Of a stretch of 49,340 nt of DNA, positions 37,303-47,614 are shown piece by piece. The translations under genes and the position numbers were made by a program. The notes below the pieces were generated by a model. That model had not been told where the DNA came from and did not search any database. It saw only the letters and a program-made list of their open reading frames with translations. The stretch covers positions 1 through 49,340 of the forward strand of contig JBBTRH010000006.1 of assembly GCA_038065275.1 (NCBI GenBank), in the 5' to 3' direction. Within the stretch, counting starts at the first letter, position 1, and the number at the start of each line of letters is the position of its first letter. This DNA comes from Patescibacteria group bacterium. GTDB lineage: Bacteria; Patescibacteriota; Patescibacteriia; SBBC01; CAIJZX01.

Positions 37303-37992
37303 ATGCGTTTACCCGCGCACCGGGAGGCCACCGACTCTGTCGGTGGAGGAAAGCCGGTGCGCACGGCCTCCGGTGCGGGGTTCCGCCCCGCCACGTACAG
37401 CGCTTCGCTTCTACGTGGCCCCGCCCGGTATCGAGTGGAGCCGCCAACTCCTGTTGGCGGGGCTCCACCAGGATACGATTATTCGCTACCAGGACGGTAT
37501 TTTGTCACCATCTGCACGAAATATCGGCAGGAGATTTTTGGTGTCGTGCAGGATGGACAGATACGGCTGAATGTTTTTGGCGAGGCAGTACGAAAATGCT
37601 GGTTTGATCTACCGAATCATTATTATTGTACCCTCGATGTGTTCGCGGTGATGCCAAATCATATTCATGGGATAATTGTTATTCCTGAATTGTTGCACCC
37701 GCCACACACCGCAGGCGGGGGTTTAAACCCCCGCCTGCGGGAGGCCGAGACGCAATCAGGCGTGGAAACAATGCATATTTATCCGTTAACAGAAATGATA
37801 CGCGGTTTCAAAACATTCTCCGCCGCCGCGGTCAACCGTCTCAAGGGTACGAGAGGAGCCCCGCTGTGGCAGACATCTTTCCACGAGCATGTTCTTCGGG
37901 GGACTTCCGATTTGGAGATGGTTCGTGAGTATATTCGTCTTAATCCAATCAATTGGTATCGAGACAGCAAGAATTCCCGGAGGGGAAGATAG
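37303..37992 (+). mobile_element. REP-associated tyrosine transposase RAYT-2 (5' end possibly disrupted)
   Basis: GYDYS..GRYFVTICT, VMPNHIHGII (HUH), IRGFKTFS, LWQTSFHEHVLR, YIRLNP; internal palindrome gcaggcggggg-tttaaa-cccccgcctgc at 37711-37738. Confidence 0.85.
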
Positions 37993-38039
37993 GGAGTTTT
38001 TTAGACAAAACCATTGTTTATTGCTAGTCTGTTAGCAGT

Positions 38040-38867
38040 ATGCCCCCTAAAGGCGACCTCCAACTGGCGATCGGGTATTGGATTGTCAGCCACAAGCAAA
38101 CCCTCCGGAAATGGTGGGCCGTCACTTCCATGGCGGTCATGGCCTTCTCTTTGCTGTGGACGGTGGTGTTTTTCGCCCTGTTCTTCAGCCAGGAGTCGAA
38201 GGTCAGCGGCCTGCTGGTAAGGGCGGCGAACGGGACGGGTAGTTTCCGCGCCGCCGTCTTCAAACCACAACCCCTGGCGGTCGGCCCGGTGAGTGTCATC
38301 CCGCGCGATAAAACGCACGTCGACCTCGTTGCCGAGCTGACCAACCCAAATCAAGCCTGGGAAGCGCCGGCGGTGACCGTGCACTTTATCCTTGACGGCG
38401 CCGCCACCACGCCGCAACACCTGTTCGTCAACCAAGGAGACCGTCGTCCGGTGGTGCAGATTAACGCGACCGTGAGCCAGGCCGCGGCGGTCAAGGCAAC
38501 GCTGGTGGTCGACGATACGGCCTGGGTCCGGGCCGCGGCGACCGGTCGGCCGGAGTCCAAGTTCACCGTCGCCAACATTACTACCACGCCTTCGACCGTC
38601 ACCATCGACGGCCAGACGCAAAGTTCGGTCACGGTGCGGGCCGACGTCACCAATGCCTCGGTGTACAACTACTATCATGTTGAAGTTCCGGTCGTGTTGC
38701 AAAGCGGCGACCGCATCGTCGGCGCCGGGCAAGTCGGGCTGGACCGGTGGCCGACTTTGACGGCTCGACCGGTCACCCTGACCTTATCCTACCCGGTGCC
38801 CGACGTCACCAGCGTCCGCATCGAGCCGCAGGTCAGTCGTGAAGATATCAGCAATACCTACCGCTGA
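38040..38867 (+). CDS. Membrane-anchored hypothetical protein with beta-rich extracellular domains
   Basis: N-terminal TM, Ig-like composition, coupled to rodA. Confidence 0.75.
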   Translation: MPPKGDLQLAIGYWIVSHKQTLRKWWAVTSMAVMAFSLLWTVVFFALFFSQESKVSGLLVRAANGTGSFRAAVFKPQPLAVGPVSVIPRDKTHVDLVAELTNPNQAWEAPAVTVHFILDGAATTPQHLFVNQGDRRPVVQINATVSQAAAVKATLVVDDTAWVRAAATGRPESKFTVANITTTPSTVTIDGQTQSSVTVRADVTNASVYNYYHVEVPVVLQSGDRIVGAGQVGLDRWPTLTARPVTLTLSYPVPDVTSVRIEPQVSREDISNTYR

Positions 38868-38870
38868 GAA

Positions 38871-39983
38871 ATGGCCACGCTCCGTTTTCGACAGTTGGGG
38901 CGGGGACTCGACCTCGGCCTGCTGACCGTCACCCTGCTGTTGACGGTCATTGGCCTGGGGGCGCTGTTCAGCACCTCACTGAATGCCGAACCGGCCGGCT
39001 TCTCGATCTTCTACCGCCAGCTGTCGTACGTCCTAATCGGACTGGGGGTGATTGTCTTTTTCACCCGGCTTGATTATCGCTACCTGGGAGGCATTCACTG
39101 GGTCTTGTACTTGGTCGGGATGGCCATGCTGATCGCGGTCCGGTTGTTCGGGCGGACGGTCAATGGCACGACGGGCTGGTTTGAAATCGCCGGTTTCCAG
39201 TTACAGCCGGTCGAATTCGTCAAGATCATCGTCGGCCTGGTGCTGGCCAAATACTTCGCCGACCACCTGAACGAGCTCCAATCATGGCGGGTGATATTTG
39301 TTACTGGCGCGCTGGTAGTCGGGCCGATCGTGCTAGTCATGCTCCAACCCGATCTCGGTTCAGCCATGCTCCTGTTCGGTATCTGGTTCGGTCTGTTAGT
39401 GGCCCTGCCCGTTCCCCGCCGCCGGGTCGGACTCCTGTTGCTGTTGACGGTGGTCGGAGCGGTGGCCAGCTGGTTCCTCATCCTTCAGCCGTATCAGAAA
39501 GAGCGGGTCCTTATTTTCATCTCGCCGAATCGCGACCGTCTCGGGTCGGGGTACAACGTTCAACAGGCGATCACGGCCATTGGCTCCGGCCAGATCTTCG
39601 GCCGCGGGCTTGGCCTCGGGCCGCAGTCACAACTGAATTTCCTTCCCGAACGACACACCGATTTCATCTTCGCGGCGATCAGCGAAGAGCTAGGATTCGT
39701 CGGAGCCGGCACCATCTTGCTTCTCTTCACCTTGCTCTTCTGGCGATTCTTCGGGTTGAGTCAACGGTGCCGAGATACGTTCAGCGCCGTCCTGACTATG
39801 GCCCTAGCCCTGATGTTCTTCGTCCAGGTGGCGATTAATATCGGCATGAATCTCGGCGTTTTCCCGGTCACCGGCATCCCGCTACCGTTTATCAGCTACG
39901 GCGGCAGTTCCCTCCTGTCGAGCTTGATGGCCATCGGCATCGCCGAGAGCATCGCCATCCGCCAGCGGATCATCCCGCTGTGA
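38871..39983 (+). CDS. rodA: SEDS-family peptidoglycan glycosyltransferase RodA
   Basis: QPVEFVK, QPDLGS, GYNVQQAITAIGSG, FLPERHTDFIF, TGIPLPFISYGGSS. Confidence 0.88.
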   Translation: MATLRFRQLGRGLDLGLLTVTLLLTVIGLGALFSTSLNAEPAGFSIFYRQLSYVLIGLGVIVFFTRLDYRYLGGIHWVLYLVGMAMLIAVRLFGRTVNGTTGWFEIAGFQLQPVEFVKIIVGLVLAKYFADHLNELQSWRVIFVTGALVVGPIVLVMLQPDLGSAMLLFGIWFGLLVALPVPRRRVGLLLLLTVVGAVASWFLILQPYQKERVLIFISPNRDRLGSGYNVQQAITAIGSGQIFGRGLGLGPQSQLNFLPERHTDFIFAAISEELGFVGAGTILLLFTLLFWRFFGLSQRCRDTFSAVLTMALALMFFVQVAINIGMNLGVFPVTGIPLPFISYGGSSLLSSLMAIGIAESIAIRQRIIPL

Positions 39984-39998
39984 GGCGTTAGGGGTTGA

Positions 39999-40100
39999 CC
40001 CCGTTAGAGGCGAACGTAGACATCAGGAGAACGGTTGATTTTTTCGGCGCCCTGAATTGCGACAGCTGACTGAGGCCAACCACCCTCGCCTCTAACGGGG
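39999..40100. repeat. 102-bp CCCCGTTAGAGG MITE-like element, TTGA on both sides
   Basis: TTGA-[ccccgttagaggcga...tcgcctctaacgggg]-TTGACG-17-TATACT. Confidence 0.85.
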
Positions 40101-40150
40101 TTGACGATTGTCGCGCTTCTTGGTATACTTGACGCGTAAGGAAAGGCCCC

Positions 40151-40513
40151 ATGAGCGATCATCTCTTCTCGCCACTTCATCACGGACGCCGTGACCTCCA
40201 GATCCTGGCCGTCTGTCCGATGTGTCAGGCGACGTATCATCCGCTGAAAACGCGCATTATGGCTGAACGGGATGACGCTCATCTGTTGTATCTCGAATGT
40301 CGCCAGTGCGGTAGCGCCGTGGTCGCCATTGTCACCGCCGGATCGGCCGGCCTCAGTTCGGTCGGCACCCTGACCGACCTGACTAGCGCGGAGGTCGTCA
40401 ACGTGTCGTTGGAAGTCGCGGTTACGGTCGACGACGTCGTCGATCTTTATGCCTGGCTGGCCACTGAGCCGACCGGGCAACTGATTTTGCGGCGGGAGAA
40501 AGCAATTCCGTAA
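40151..40513 (+). CDS. Zinc-ribbon hypothetical protein
   Basis: CPMC...CRQC; upstream of rplY. Confidence 0.8.
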   Translation: MSDHLFSPLHHGRRDLQILAVCPMCQATYHPLKTRIMAERDDAHLLYLECRQCGSAVVAIVTAGSAGLSSVGTLTDLTSAEVVNVSLEVAVTVDDVVDLYAWLATEPTGQLILRREKAIP

Positions 40514-40516
40514 GGT

Positions 40517-41200
40517 ATGACCATCCTACATCTATCCGCCCAACCACGGGCCGTGGTGGGCAAGGCGGTTGACCGTTTGCGTCGTCAGCGGAACATTCCG
40601 GCCGTCGTCTACGGTCACAATCTCCCCAGCCGGCCGGTAACGCTTGAGGCTAAAACGTTTGATACCATCTATCGCCAAGCCGGTTCGACCAGCCTGGTCG
40701 ACCTGTCAGTCGGGTCAGCGTCGCCAGTCAAGGTGCTCATCCATGCGGTCCAACGCCATCCCACGACCAGCCAAGCGCTCCACGTGGATTTTTACCAGGT
40801 CAAGATGAGCGAGAAACTCGAAGCCGACATTGAACTGCGTTTCGTCGGTGAATCGGCGGCCGTCAAGGAACTCGGCGGGGTGTTGGTCCGGGCCTTGGAC
40901 GACGTCAAGGTCAGCTGTTTACCGTCCGACCTGGTATCGTCGATCGATGTCGACATCAATACCTTGAAGACCTTTGAGGACAAGATCCATGTCCGCGATC
41001 TGACGGTGCCCGCCGGGTTGACCATCCTCGATAAAGCCGAAGAAGTCGTCGCCAGCGTCACTCCGCCGCGCAGTGAAGCTGAGTTGGCCTCCTTGAGCGA
41101 GCAGGTCGAAGAGAACGTGGAGGCCGTCGAAGTGGAGAAGAAAGAGGAAGCGGCCGACGAAGCCGTCCCCGAAGCCGTCCCCGAAAAACCAAATCAATAA
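40517..41200 (+). CDS. rplY: 50S ribosomal protein L25/Ctc
   Basis: IPAVVYG, QRHP...HVDFYQV, GESAAVKELGG. Confidence 0.95.
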   Translation: MTILHLSAQPRAVVGKAVDRLRRQRNIPAVVYGHNLPSRPVTLEAKTFDTIYRQAGSTSLVDLSVGSASPVKVLIHAVQRHPTTSQALHVDFYQVKMSEKLEADIELRFVGESAAVKELGGVLVRALDDVKVSCLPSDLVSSIDVDINTLKTFEDKIHVRDLTVPAGLTILDKAEEVVASVTPPRSEAELASLSEQVEENVEAVEVEKKEEAADEAVPEAVPEKPNQ

Positions 41201-41218
41201 CTCATCGCCATCGCGCCT

Positions 41219-42421
41219 ATGCCGAAAACCCCCCGCTCCTCCCCCCCAGTTTCCCAGTCGCAGTCGGATGAAGATGAACCGCTTGACCGCCCACCGACGC
41301 CAACCCCCGTCCCCAAACCGGCATCGGCGGAAACTCCGAAACCGACCGTGGTGAAGTCCTCTTCCTCGGCCGGTAAGAAGACGTTACCAAAATGGTTGTG
41401 GATGGCCGTGGCCGGAGCGGCGGTCTTAATTGTCGCTGGCGTGGTCGGTTGGAAGATCTTTGGCGGGACGTCATCGCCGACGGTCAATTCGAACCCGGCC
41501 GCCGATGCCGCGAATGAAATATTGGTGGCGCGACTACTTGATGGCGTGCCGGTCTTGGCCGAAAAATCAAACTCGAATATTTACGCGATCGTGATCGAGA
41601 ACATCGTTGAATCGCGGCCGCCGTCGGCCTTGGATAAAGCCAGCGTCGTCTACGAAACACTGGCGGAAGGCGGCATCACGCGGTTCCTGACGCTCTACCC
41701 GGTGGGTGATAGCATCAGTCAAATTGGTCCAGTCCGCTCCGCCCGGCCGTACTTCATTTCCTGGGCGGAAGAGTATAAACCATTGTTCGTTCATGCCGGC
41801 GGCAGTCCCCAGGCGATCGACTACCTCCGGTCTGGCAAAGCGAACGTCTATGATTTTAATCAGTTCTCCCACGGCGGAAACTTCATTCGCGACGATACCC
41901 GGCCGGCTCCGCATAATCTTTACACGGACTCCGACAAGTTATTCATGGGGCTACGACGGACGGCGCCCGATGCCACCCCGACCTACACCTCCTGGACATT
42001 CAAAGACGAAGCACCGATCGACGCTCGACCGACCACGGTGAATGATGTCGTGATCGACTTCTCGTCGTTCAACTACAAGGTGACGTACGCCTACGATCGC
42101 GTCCAGAACCGTTACCAGCGTTTAGTGGCCGAGAAGCCGCACCTGACGCGAGAGAATAATCAGATCTACGCCAAGGACGTGGTAGTCGAGTTCGCCAAAA
42201 TTGGTCTGGTCGCCGGTGATAAACAGCGCCTCGACATCCAAACCGTCGGTTCCGGCAAGCTATTGCTGTTCCGCGACGGGACCGTGACCGAAGGAACCTG
42301 GAAGAAGGACAGCCCCACCGCCCGCACCCAGTTCCTCGATACCGGCGGCAATCCCTTGGCGCTTAATCCCGGGCCAATCTGGATCGAGGTGGTCCCGACG
42401 GACCGCAAAGTGACGTACTGA
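41219..42421 (+). CDS. DUF3048 domain membrane-anchored protein
   Basis: VYETLAEGGITRF, IGPVRSARPY, HAGGS, APHNLY. Confidence 0.85.
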   Translation: MPKTPRSSPPVSQSQSDEDEPLDRPPTPTPVPKPASAETPKPTVVKSSSSAGKKTLPKWLWMAVAGAAVLIVAGVVGWKIFGGTSSPTVNSNPAADAANEILVARLLDGVPVLAEKSNSNIYAIVIENIVESRPPSALDKASVVYETLAEGGITRFLTLYPVGDSISQIGPVRSARPYFISWAEEYKPLFVHAGGSPQAIDYLRSGKANVYDFNQFSHGGNFIRDDTRPAPHNLYTDSDKLFMGLRRTAPDATPTYTSWTFKDEAPIDARPTTVNDVVIDFSSFNYKVTYAYDRVQNRYQRLVAEKPHLTRENNQIYAKDVVVEFAKIGLVAGDKQRLDIQTVGSGKLLLFRDGTVTEGTWKKDSPTARTQFLDTGGNPLALNPGPIWIEVVPTDRKVTY

Positions 42422-42458
42422 CGATGTCAGCGTCGTCGCCCGGGCCAGTCCGAACGTA

Positions 42459-43337
42459 TCATCTCCGGGCGGGCGACGGGACGCAGGTGTTGATTCGGCC
42501 GCTACAAGCCAGTAACCCGCGAATGGCTAGGCCGTCACTGACGGTCGTGACCGTCGCGGTTGAGGACCAGCGGCGGAGCAAGTCGCGAGTCGTTCGGACT
42601 TGGCCCGGGTCGATTTCCAAGGCGATAAGCGATATCGTTGGGAAAGTCGCGGCTTGGCGCAGTAAACGCCGGATATGATCTAGGCCGTCTCGACCGCCGG
42701 CTAGCGCTAGGCGCGGTTCGTGGCTAATCGAAGGTTCAGCCAGTTGCTCCGGGCGGAGGTAAGGGAGGTTAGCAATGATGAAGTCTGGTTGTAGGGCGTT
42801 AGGTTGTAAGTTGTAGGATTTAAGTAGAGAACATTGTAGGAATGAAATGTGGTCGGCTAATCTTAATTGATGAGCATTCTTTTTCGCTGTAGCTAAAGCC
42901 GCTGACGAAATATCGGTGGCGATGATCGTGGCTTGAGGCAAATGTTTGGCTAGGGCTAGGGCGATGGCACCGCTACCGGTACCGATGTCGGCGATAGTCA
43001 GTCGCGAGTTTATCGGCAGGCGTTGCAGGATTGCTTCCACGAGAAGTTCCGTGCATGGCCGCGGGATAAGCGCCGCTGGCGTGACGCGCAGTTCCAATCC
43101 GAAAAAACAGCATCGGCCGGTCAGGTAGGGGACAGGGACTTTGTTGGCGCGTTGTAGGATTAAGGTTGTAAGTTTGCGGGTGACGGCTTGTTTAAGCACA
43201 CGATCCCCATGAATAAGCAGGCTCGCACGATCTTGGTTGAGGATGTAGCTGAGCAGAACTTCAGCGTCGAGCCGTGGCGAATCGCTGTGTCTCCGCAGTT
43301 TTTTTGTGGCCGCGGCTAGCGCCGCTCTAATGGTCAC
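42459..43337 (-). CDS. prmC: Release factor glutamine methyltransferase
   Basis: LIPRPCTE, DIGTGSGAIA, ANLPY, EPRLALAGGRDGL; the GTG start is formed at the end of a repeat element. Confidence 0.92.
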   Translation of the reverse strand: MTIRAALAAATKKLRRHSDSPRLDAEVLLSYILNQDRASLLIHGDRVLKQAVTRKLTTLILQRANKVPVPYLTGRCCFFGLELRVTPAALIPRPCTELLVEAILQRLPINSRLTIADIGTGSGAIALALAKHLPQATIIATDISSAALATAKKNAHQLRLADHISFLQCSLLKSYNLQPNALQPDFIIANLPYLRPEQLAEPSISHEPRLALAGGRDGLDHIRRLLRQAATFPTISLIALEIDPGQVRTTRDLLRRWSSTATVTTVSDGLAIRGLLACSGRINTCVPSPARR

Positions 43338-43509
43338 CCCGTTAGAAGTTCACTTGATAAGCGGAACCTTGACGGCCGTAATGGCACCATCTTACTTCAA
43401 ACAATTGAATACACACATGGGCCGTCGCGGCACTCCGACCGAGGAAGAAATTACCGTTGTTCATCATTTTAACAATTTGCGGTTGATATTAGGCGAACTT
43501 CTAACGGGG
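43337..43509. repeat. 173-bp CCCCGTTAGA element inserted into the original prmC start
   Basis: ccccgttagaagttc / gaacttctaacgggg 15-bp TIR; minus strand reads ATGA-[element]-TGACC. Confidence 0.85.
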
Positions 43510-43619
43510 TCATCCCCGTACCATAATGGTGAACACGTTGGTTGTCGAGTGGGTTTTATGTTTCTCCGGCGGTCTCATAGCCACTCGAGAAACGCTGTCT
43601 AAGCTATTGTGGTGCTGGG

Positions 43620-44684
43620 TCACGCCGCGTGCCGTTTGGCGCGGGCCGCGGCGCGCAGGGCGTCGATCAGCGGCTGGATGTCGCCGTCGAGAATGGCGGG
43701 AATGTGGTGGCGGGTCAATTTGATTCGGTGATCGGTGATGCGATCCTGGGGAAAGTTATAGGTCCGGATTTTTTCCGAGCGGTCGCCGCTCCCGATTTGG
43801 CTCTGGCGGAGATGGGAATCGCGCTGACGACGTTCGGCCTCTTGTTTGGCGAGGAGTCGCGAACGCAAAACTTGCATCGCTTTGATGCGATTCTGAGTCT
43901 GCGACCGCTCATCCTGCATCGAGACGGTAATGCCGGTCGGCAAGTGCGTCAGGCGGATGGCGGAGTAAGTGGTGTTGACCGATTGCCCGCCGGCGCCGCT
44001 CGAAGTGGAAGCCACGATTTTCAAATCTTTCGGATCAATCACTAGGTCGGCTTCTTCGGCGGCGGGAACCACGGCCACGGTTACGGTTGACGTATGCACC
44101 CGGCCGGTTTTCTCGGTGGCTGGAACGCGTTGGACGCGGTGCACCCCGCTTTCGTACTTCATGGCGCCGTAGGCATCAGGTCCGAGCATTTCGAAGATCA
44201 CTTCTTTCAAGCCGCCGATCCCGGTGTGACTCGACGAGATGAGGTTCGTCTTCCACCCCCGACGTTCGGCGTAACGGCCGTACATCCGCAGGAGCTCGGC
44301 GGCAAACAGCGCCGCTTCGTCGCCGCCGGCGCCGGCCCTGATTTCGACGATCACGTCCTGTTGGTCGTTCGAGTCGGGCGGGTCCAGCCGGTCCTCAACG
44401 TCGCGACGGACGGCGGCCAGTTCCCGGGCGATATTCGCCACTTCGTCCGCGGCCATTGACTGCACTTCTGGATCGGTCTCATCCGTGGCCGCCGTCCGGG
44501 CTTGGCCGAGCGCCCGCTCGAGTCCAGTCAGGCGTTCCGCGCGCGCTACTAGGTCGCTCAGCCGGGCGTATTCGCGGGCGAGATGTTTGAGCTTGGCGGC
44601 GTCATCGACAAGACTGGCGGCTTGGAGATCGTGTTCCAGCGCCTGACGTTGTTGTCGAAGGCGGTCGAGTTGAGCTGGGTCCAT
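43620..44684 (-). CDS. prfA: Peptide chain release factor 1
   Basis: [21 protein letters not shown] (PxT), [17 protein letters not shown]. Confidence 0.97.
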   Translation of the reverse strand: MDPAQLDRLRQQRQALEHDLQAASLVDDAAKLKHLAREYARLSDLVARAERLTGLERALGQARTAATDETDPEVQSMAADEVANIARELAAVRRDVEDRLDPPDSNDQQDVIVEIRAGAGGDEAALFAAELLRMYGRYAERRGWKTNLISSSHTGIGGLKEVIFEMLGPDAYGAMKYESGVHRVQRVPATEKTGRVHTSTVTVAVVPAAEEADLVIDPKDLKIVASTSSGAGGQSVNTTYSAIRLTHLPTGITVSMQDERSQTQNRIKAMQVLRSRLLAKQEAERRQRDSHLRQSQIGSGDRSEKIRTYNFPQDRITDHRIKLTRHHIPAILDGDIQPLIDALRAAARAKRHAA

Positions 44685-44738
44685 GGATGTGCCGAAGTAC
44701 CTCCACCCAAAAAATAGGGGAGGTTTTCAAGAGGGGGG

Positions 44739-45023
44739 TTATTCGTCGCGGGTCGCTTTAGCGACCTTTTTGGCCTGCTTGGCTTGCCGCTTGGCGCGTT
44801 TGCTCCGTAGCGGAACCGTCCCGCTACGCTTGACCCGTTTCTGGAAGCGATCGACACGGCCGGCGGTGTCGACCAGATTCTGCTTGCCGGTGAAGAATGG
44901 GTGGCAATTCGAACAGACCTCAACCGGGAGCTCCGCCACGGTTGAGCCGGTGGTAAAGGCGTGACCGCAGGCGCAGGTGACTTTGGCCGAGTGGGTGTAG
45001 GTGAGGTGGATGCCCGATTTCAT
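44739..45023 (-). CDS. rpmE: 50S ribosomal protein L31
   Basis: [26 protein letters not shown]. Confidence 0.96.
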   Translation of the reverse strand: MKSGIHLTYTHSAKVTCACGHAFTTGSTVAELPVEVCSNCHPFFTGKQNLVDTAGRVDRFQKRVKRSGTVPLRSKRAKRQAKQAKKVAKATRDE

Positions 45024-45054
45024 AACTGGCCCAGCGTATCCTATTCTAGCACCC

Positions 45055-45083
45055 TTGTCAAGCCCGGACCGCCATGGTATACT
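45055..45083 (+). promoter_or_regulatory. rpsB promoter, overlapping the divergent rpmE promoter
   Basis: TTGTCA-17-TATACT on +; TTGACA-17-TACGCT on - sharing the -35 region. Confidence 0.65.
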
Positions 45084-45114
45084 CGCACCGGCTTATTAGA
45101 GATTATTAGTTGAT

Positions 45115-45190
45115 CACACATTCACCGCGCTGACGGCTAATCCTGCGGCGGCTCGTGGCGAGCCGACGTCCTGGCCGATAGCGGTGGAGC
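45115..45190 (+). promoter_or_regulatory. Probable S2 autoregulatory leader
   Basis: CACACA-TTCACCGC...GCGGTGGAG stem upstream of rpsB; followed by the palindrome tctccgcc-gaa-ggcggaga (45193-45211). Confidence 0.5.
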
Positions 45191-45230
45191 GGTCTCCGCC
45201 GAAGGCGGAGAAAGAAAGGAATTCAGTGCT

Positions 45231-46019
45231 ATGCGTGACATCGTCTTGCTCGACATGCTCAAAGCGGGTCTTCATTTCGGCCACCAGCAGAGCCGTCGGC
45301 ATCCAAAAATGGACCCCTACATCTTCACCACTCGGGGCGGGGTGTCCATCATCAACCTGGAAAAGACCAAGACCCTGTTAACCCAGGCTGGTGCCTATGC
45401 CCAGGAGGTCGTCGCCGGCGGCGGCACGGTCTTGTTCGTCGGCACCAAACGGCAGGCCCGCGACATCATCATCACGGCGGCGCAGACGGCCGGCATGCCG
45501 TACGTCGTCGACCGCTGGATCGGCGGACTGTTTACGAATTTCTCGCACGTGCGGCAGTTGATCATCAGCCTCGATCGGTTAAAAACGCAACGCGCCAGCG
45601 GTGAACTTGGGAAGTACACCAAGAAGGAACAACTCGATTTCGAAGCGGAGATCACGCGGCTGGAAAAACTGGTCGGCGGTTTGGGAGCGATGGAACGACT
45701 GCCGCAAGCGATCTTCGTGGTCGACATCAAGACCGAGAAAACCGCGGTCCGTGAAGCCCAGGCCGTGAATATCCCGATTCTAGCCATGTGCGATACGAAC
45801 GTCAACCCGGCCCCCATCCAATTCCCCATTCCGTCGAACGACGATGCGACGAAAGCCGTCACCTACGTGACCGGACTGCTGGTCGAGGCCATTACTGAGG
45901 GTCGGCGGCACCACGACCAGCGCCTGGCCACGGCGGCCCGGGAAGCGGCGGAAACGGCCGCCGCGGCCGAACCGGAACCCGTCGTAGCCGCGACCATCCC
46001 CGAACCGGCGGAACAATAA
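45231..46019 (+). CDS. rpsB: 30S ribosomal protein S2
   Basis: AGLHFGH, LFVGTK, RWIGGLFTN, DTN, PSNDD. Confidence 0.97.
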   Translation: MRDIVLLDMLKAGLHFGHQQSRRHPKMDPYIFTTRGGVSIINLEKTKTLLTQAGAYAQEVVAGGGTVLFVGTKRQARDIIITAAQTAGMPYVVDRWIGGLFTNFSHVRQLIISLDRLKTQRASGELGKYTKKEQLDFEAEITRLEKLVGGLGAMERLPQAIFVVDIKTEKTAVREAQAVNIPILAMCDTNVNPAPIQFPIPSNDDATKAVTYVTGLLVEAITEGRRHHDQRLATAAREAAETAAAAEPEPVVAATIPEPAEQ

Positions 46020-46020
46020 T

Positions 46021-46611
46021 ATGCCCACTATCTCCACCGCCGACATCCAGACGCTCCGCCGGCAGACCGGCGTCGGGATACTGGAAGCGAAAAAGGCCTT
46101 GACCACTGCGAACGGCGACATGACCTTGGCCGTGGACACCCTGCGCAAGGCCGGCCGGAAACTGGCCGCGGCCAAAAGCACCCGGACCGTGCGCGAGGGA
46201 CTGGTCGGCACCTACCTGCATGCGAACGGAAAGGTGGCGGCCATGGTGGTGCTTGCCTGCGAAACTGATTTCGTGGCCCGGACGGATGATTTTGCCGATT
46301 TAGCCCATGACCTGGCGCTCCACATTGCCGCCGTTGACCCGCGCTACCTCCGCCGTGAAGATGTTCCGGTCGCGGTGCTCGATCGGGAACGCGACATTTA
46401 CCGCGCCCAGCTCAAGACGGCCGGCCAGCCGAAAAAGATGTGGCCGGCGATCATCAACGGCCAGCTGGAAAAGTTTTACGCCGACGTCTGTCTGCTGGAT
46501 CAAGCGTACGTCAAAGACGATCGCCGGACCGTGGGACAGCTGATCGAGTCAACGGTGGCTAAACTCGGCGAGAACATCCAAGTGAGTTCCTTCGCCCGCC
46601 TGACCGTCTAA
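46021..46611 (+). CDS. tsf: Elongation factor Ts (short form)
   Basis: LRRQTGVG, CETDFVA, LGENIQV. Confidence 0.95.
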   Translation: MPTISTADIQTLRRQTGVGILEAKKALTTANGDMTLAVDTLRKAGRKLAAAKSTRTVREGLVGTYLHANGKVAAMVVLACETDFVARTDDFADLAHDLALHIAAVDPRYLRREDVPVAVLDRERDIYRAQLKTAGQPKKMWPAIINGQLEKFYADVCLLDQAYVKDDRRTVGQLIESTVAKLGENIQVSSFARLTV

Positions 46612-46616
46612 CCGCC

Positions 46617-47576
46617 ATGCTGATCGATAGTATCGCCATCATCGTTCTCGGGCTCAGCCTGATTAGCCTGGCCGTCATCATCGGTCGAAAATTCCCGACC
46701 TTGGCGGCAATTGATACGTCGGCGCCGGCGGAGGCGACGGCGGGACGCAAGCGGAACATTATTGAAGAACGGCTACGGCGTAAAGTGTCTATGCTCTGGA
46801 CCAAGGTCGCCGGACAAAGTACCCCGATCGCCGTCGCTACCGGCCGGCTCTGGACCGCGGCCCATAAAAAGCTGATTGATCTTGAACACGAATACAAGGT
46901 GCGGTCACTGCCGGTCTTCCTGTCGCGGCGCCAGCGGCGGAAAATCGATCACGAAATCGCCGCGATGCTAGAACAGGCGCGGGCACTCGTTGACGACAAG
47001 GAATATGCCGCGGCCGAAGAAAAGGCGTTGCAGGCGATTCGCCTCGAACCCCGCTCGGTTCCCGCCTTCGAACTTCTCGGCCAGCTCTACCTGGTTACCA
47101 AGGAGCACGGCCACGCCAAAGAGGTGTATCAGTACTTGCTCAAGCTGACGGGCGACTCCGACGCCATCTACGAGCACCTGGGATCAGCTGATCTCGGCGC
47201 CGGACATCTCGCCGAGGCGCGCGACGAGCTCCAACACGCCGTCGAACTCAACCGCACGGTGGCCACCTATCATTTGGAACTGGCCCAGGTGTACACTGCT
47301 CTCGGCGACGCGGCTAAAGCGTTTACCAGCATTCAAGAAGCCGTTCGTCTCGAGCCGAACAACCCCAAACTGCTCGACCAGTACGTTGAAATAAGTATCG
47401 CCGCCGGCAAGAAACAGTTTGCCGAGGATGCGGTGGCCCGTATCGAGGCCGTCAACCCCGAAAACTCGAAGATCGCCGAGTGGCGCGAACGGATTACGGC
47501 GATTGAGGGTCGGCCCTTGACGAATCTCATTGAAACATCCGATACTGCCGACTCGACAACTTCCGCGCCGTTGTAG
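46617..47576 (+). CDS. Membrane-anchored tetratricopeptide repeat protein
   Basis: N-terminal TM; TPR-like A..LEP, LG..Y repeats. Confidence 0.85.
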   Translation: MLIDSIAIIVLGLSLISLAVIIGRKFPTLAAIDTSAPAEATAGRKRNIIEERLRRKVSMLWTKVAGQSTPIAVATGRLWTAAHKKLIDLEHEYKVRSLPVFLSRRQRRKIDHEIAAMLEQARALVDDKEYAAAEEKALQAIRLEPRSVPAFELLGQLYLVTKEHGHAKEVYQYLLKLTGDSDAIYEHLGSADLGAGHLAEARDELQHAVELNRTVATYHLELAQVYTALGDAAKAFTSIQEAVRLEPNNPKLLDQYVEISIAAGKKQFAEDAVARIEAVNPENSKIAEWRERITAIEGRPLTNLIETSDTADSTTSAPL

Positions 47577-47614
47577 TCCCGATGTTCCGCCAGGCAGTTG
47601 GCCCCGCTACTTCT

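Noticed and set aside
36789-37468. Minus-strand ORFs beside the TR as possible Avd or RT
   Set aside because: No RT motifs (YxDD, GxxxSQ) and no Avd-like helical signature; they are antisense shadows of the TR and hairpins.
37107-37607. 166-aa ORF beginning MNVNRNDNDWNDNWWFAGVRN
   Set aside because: It is the translation of the DGR template repeat plus downstream sequence, with no start signals; TRs are non-coding templates.
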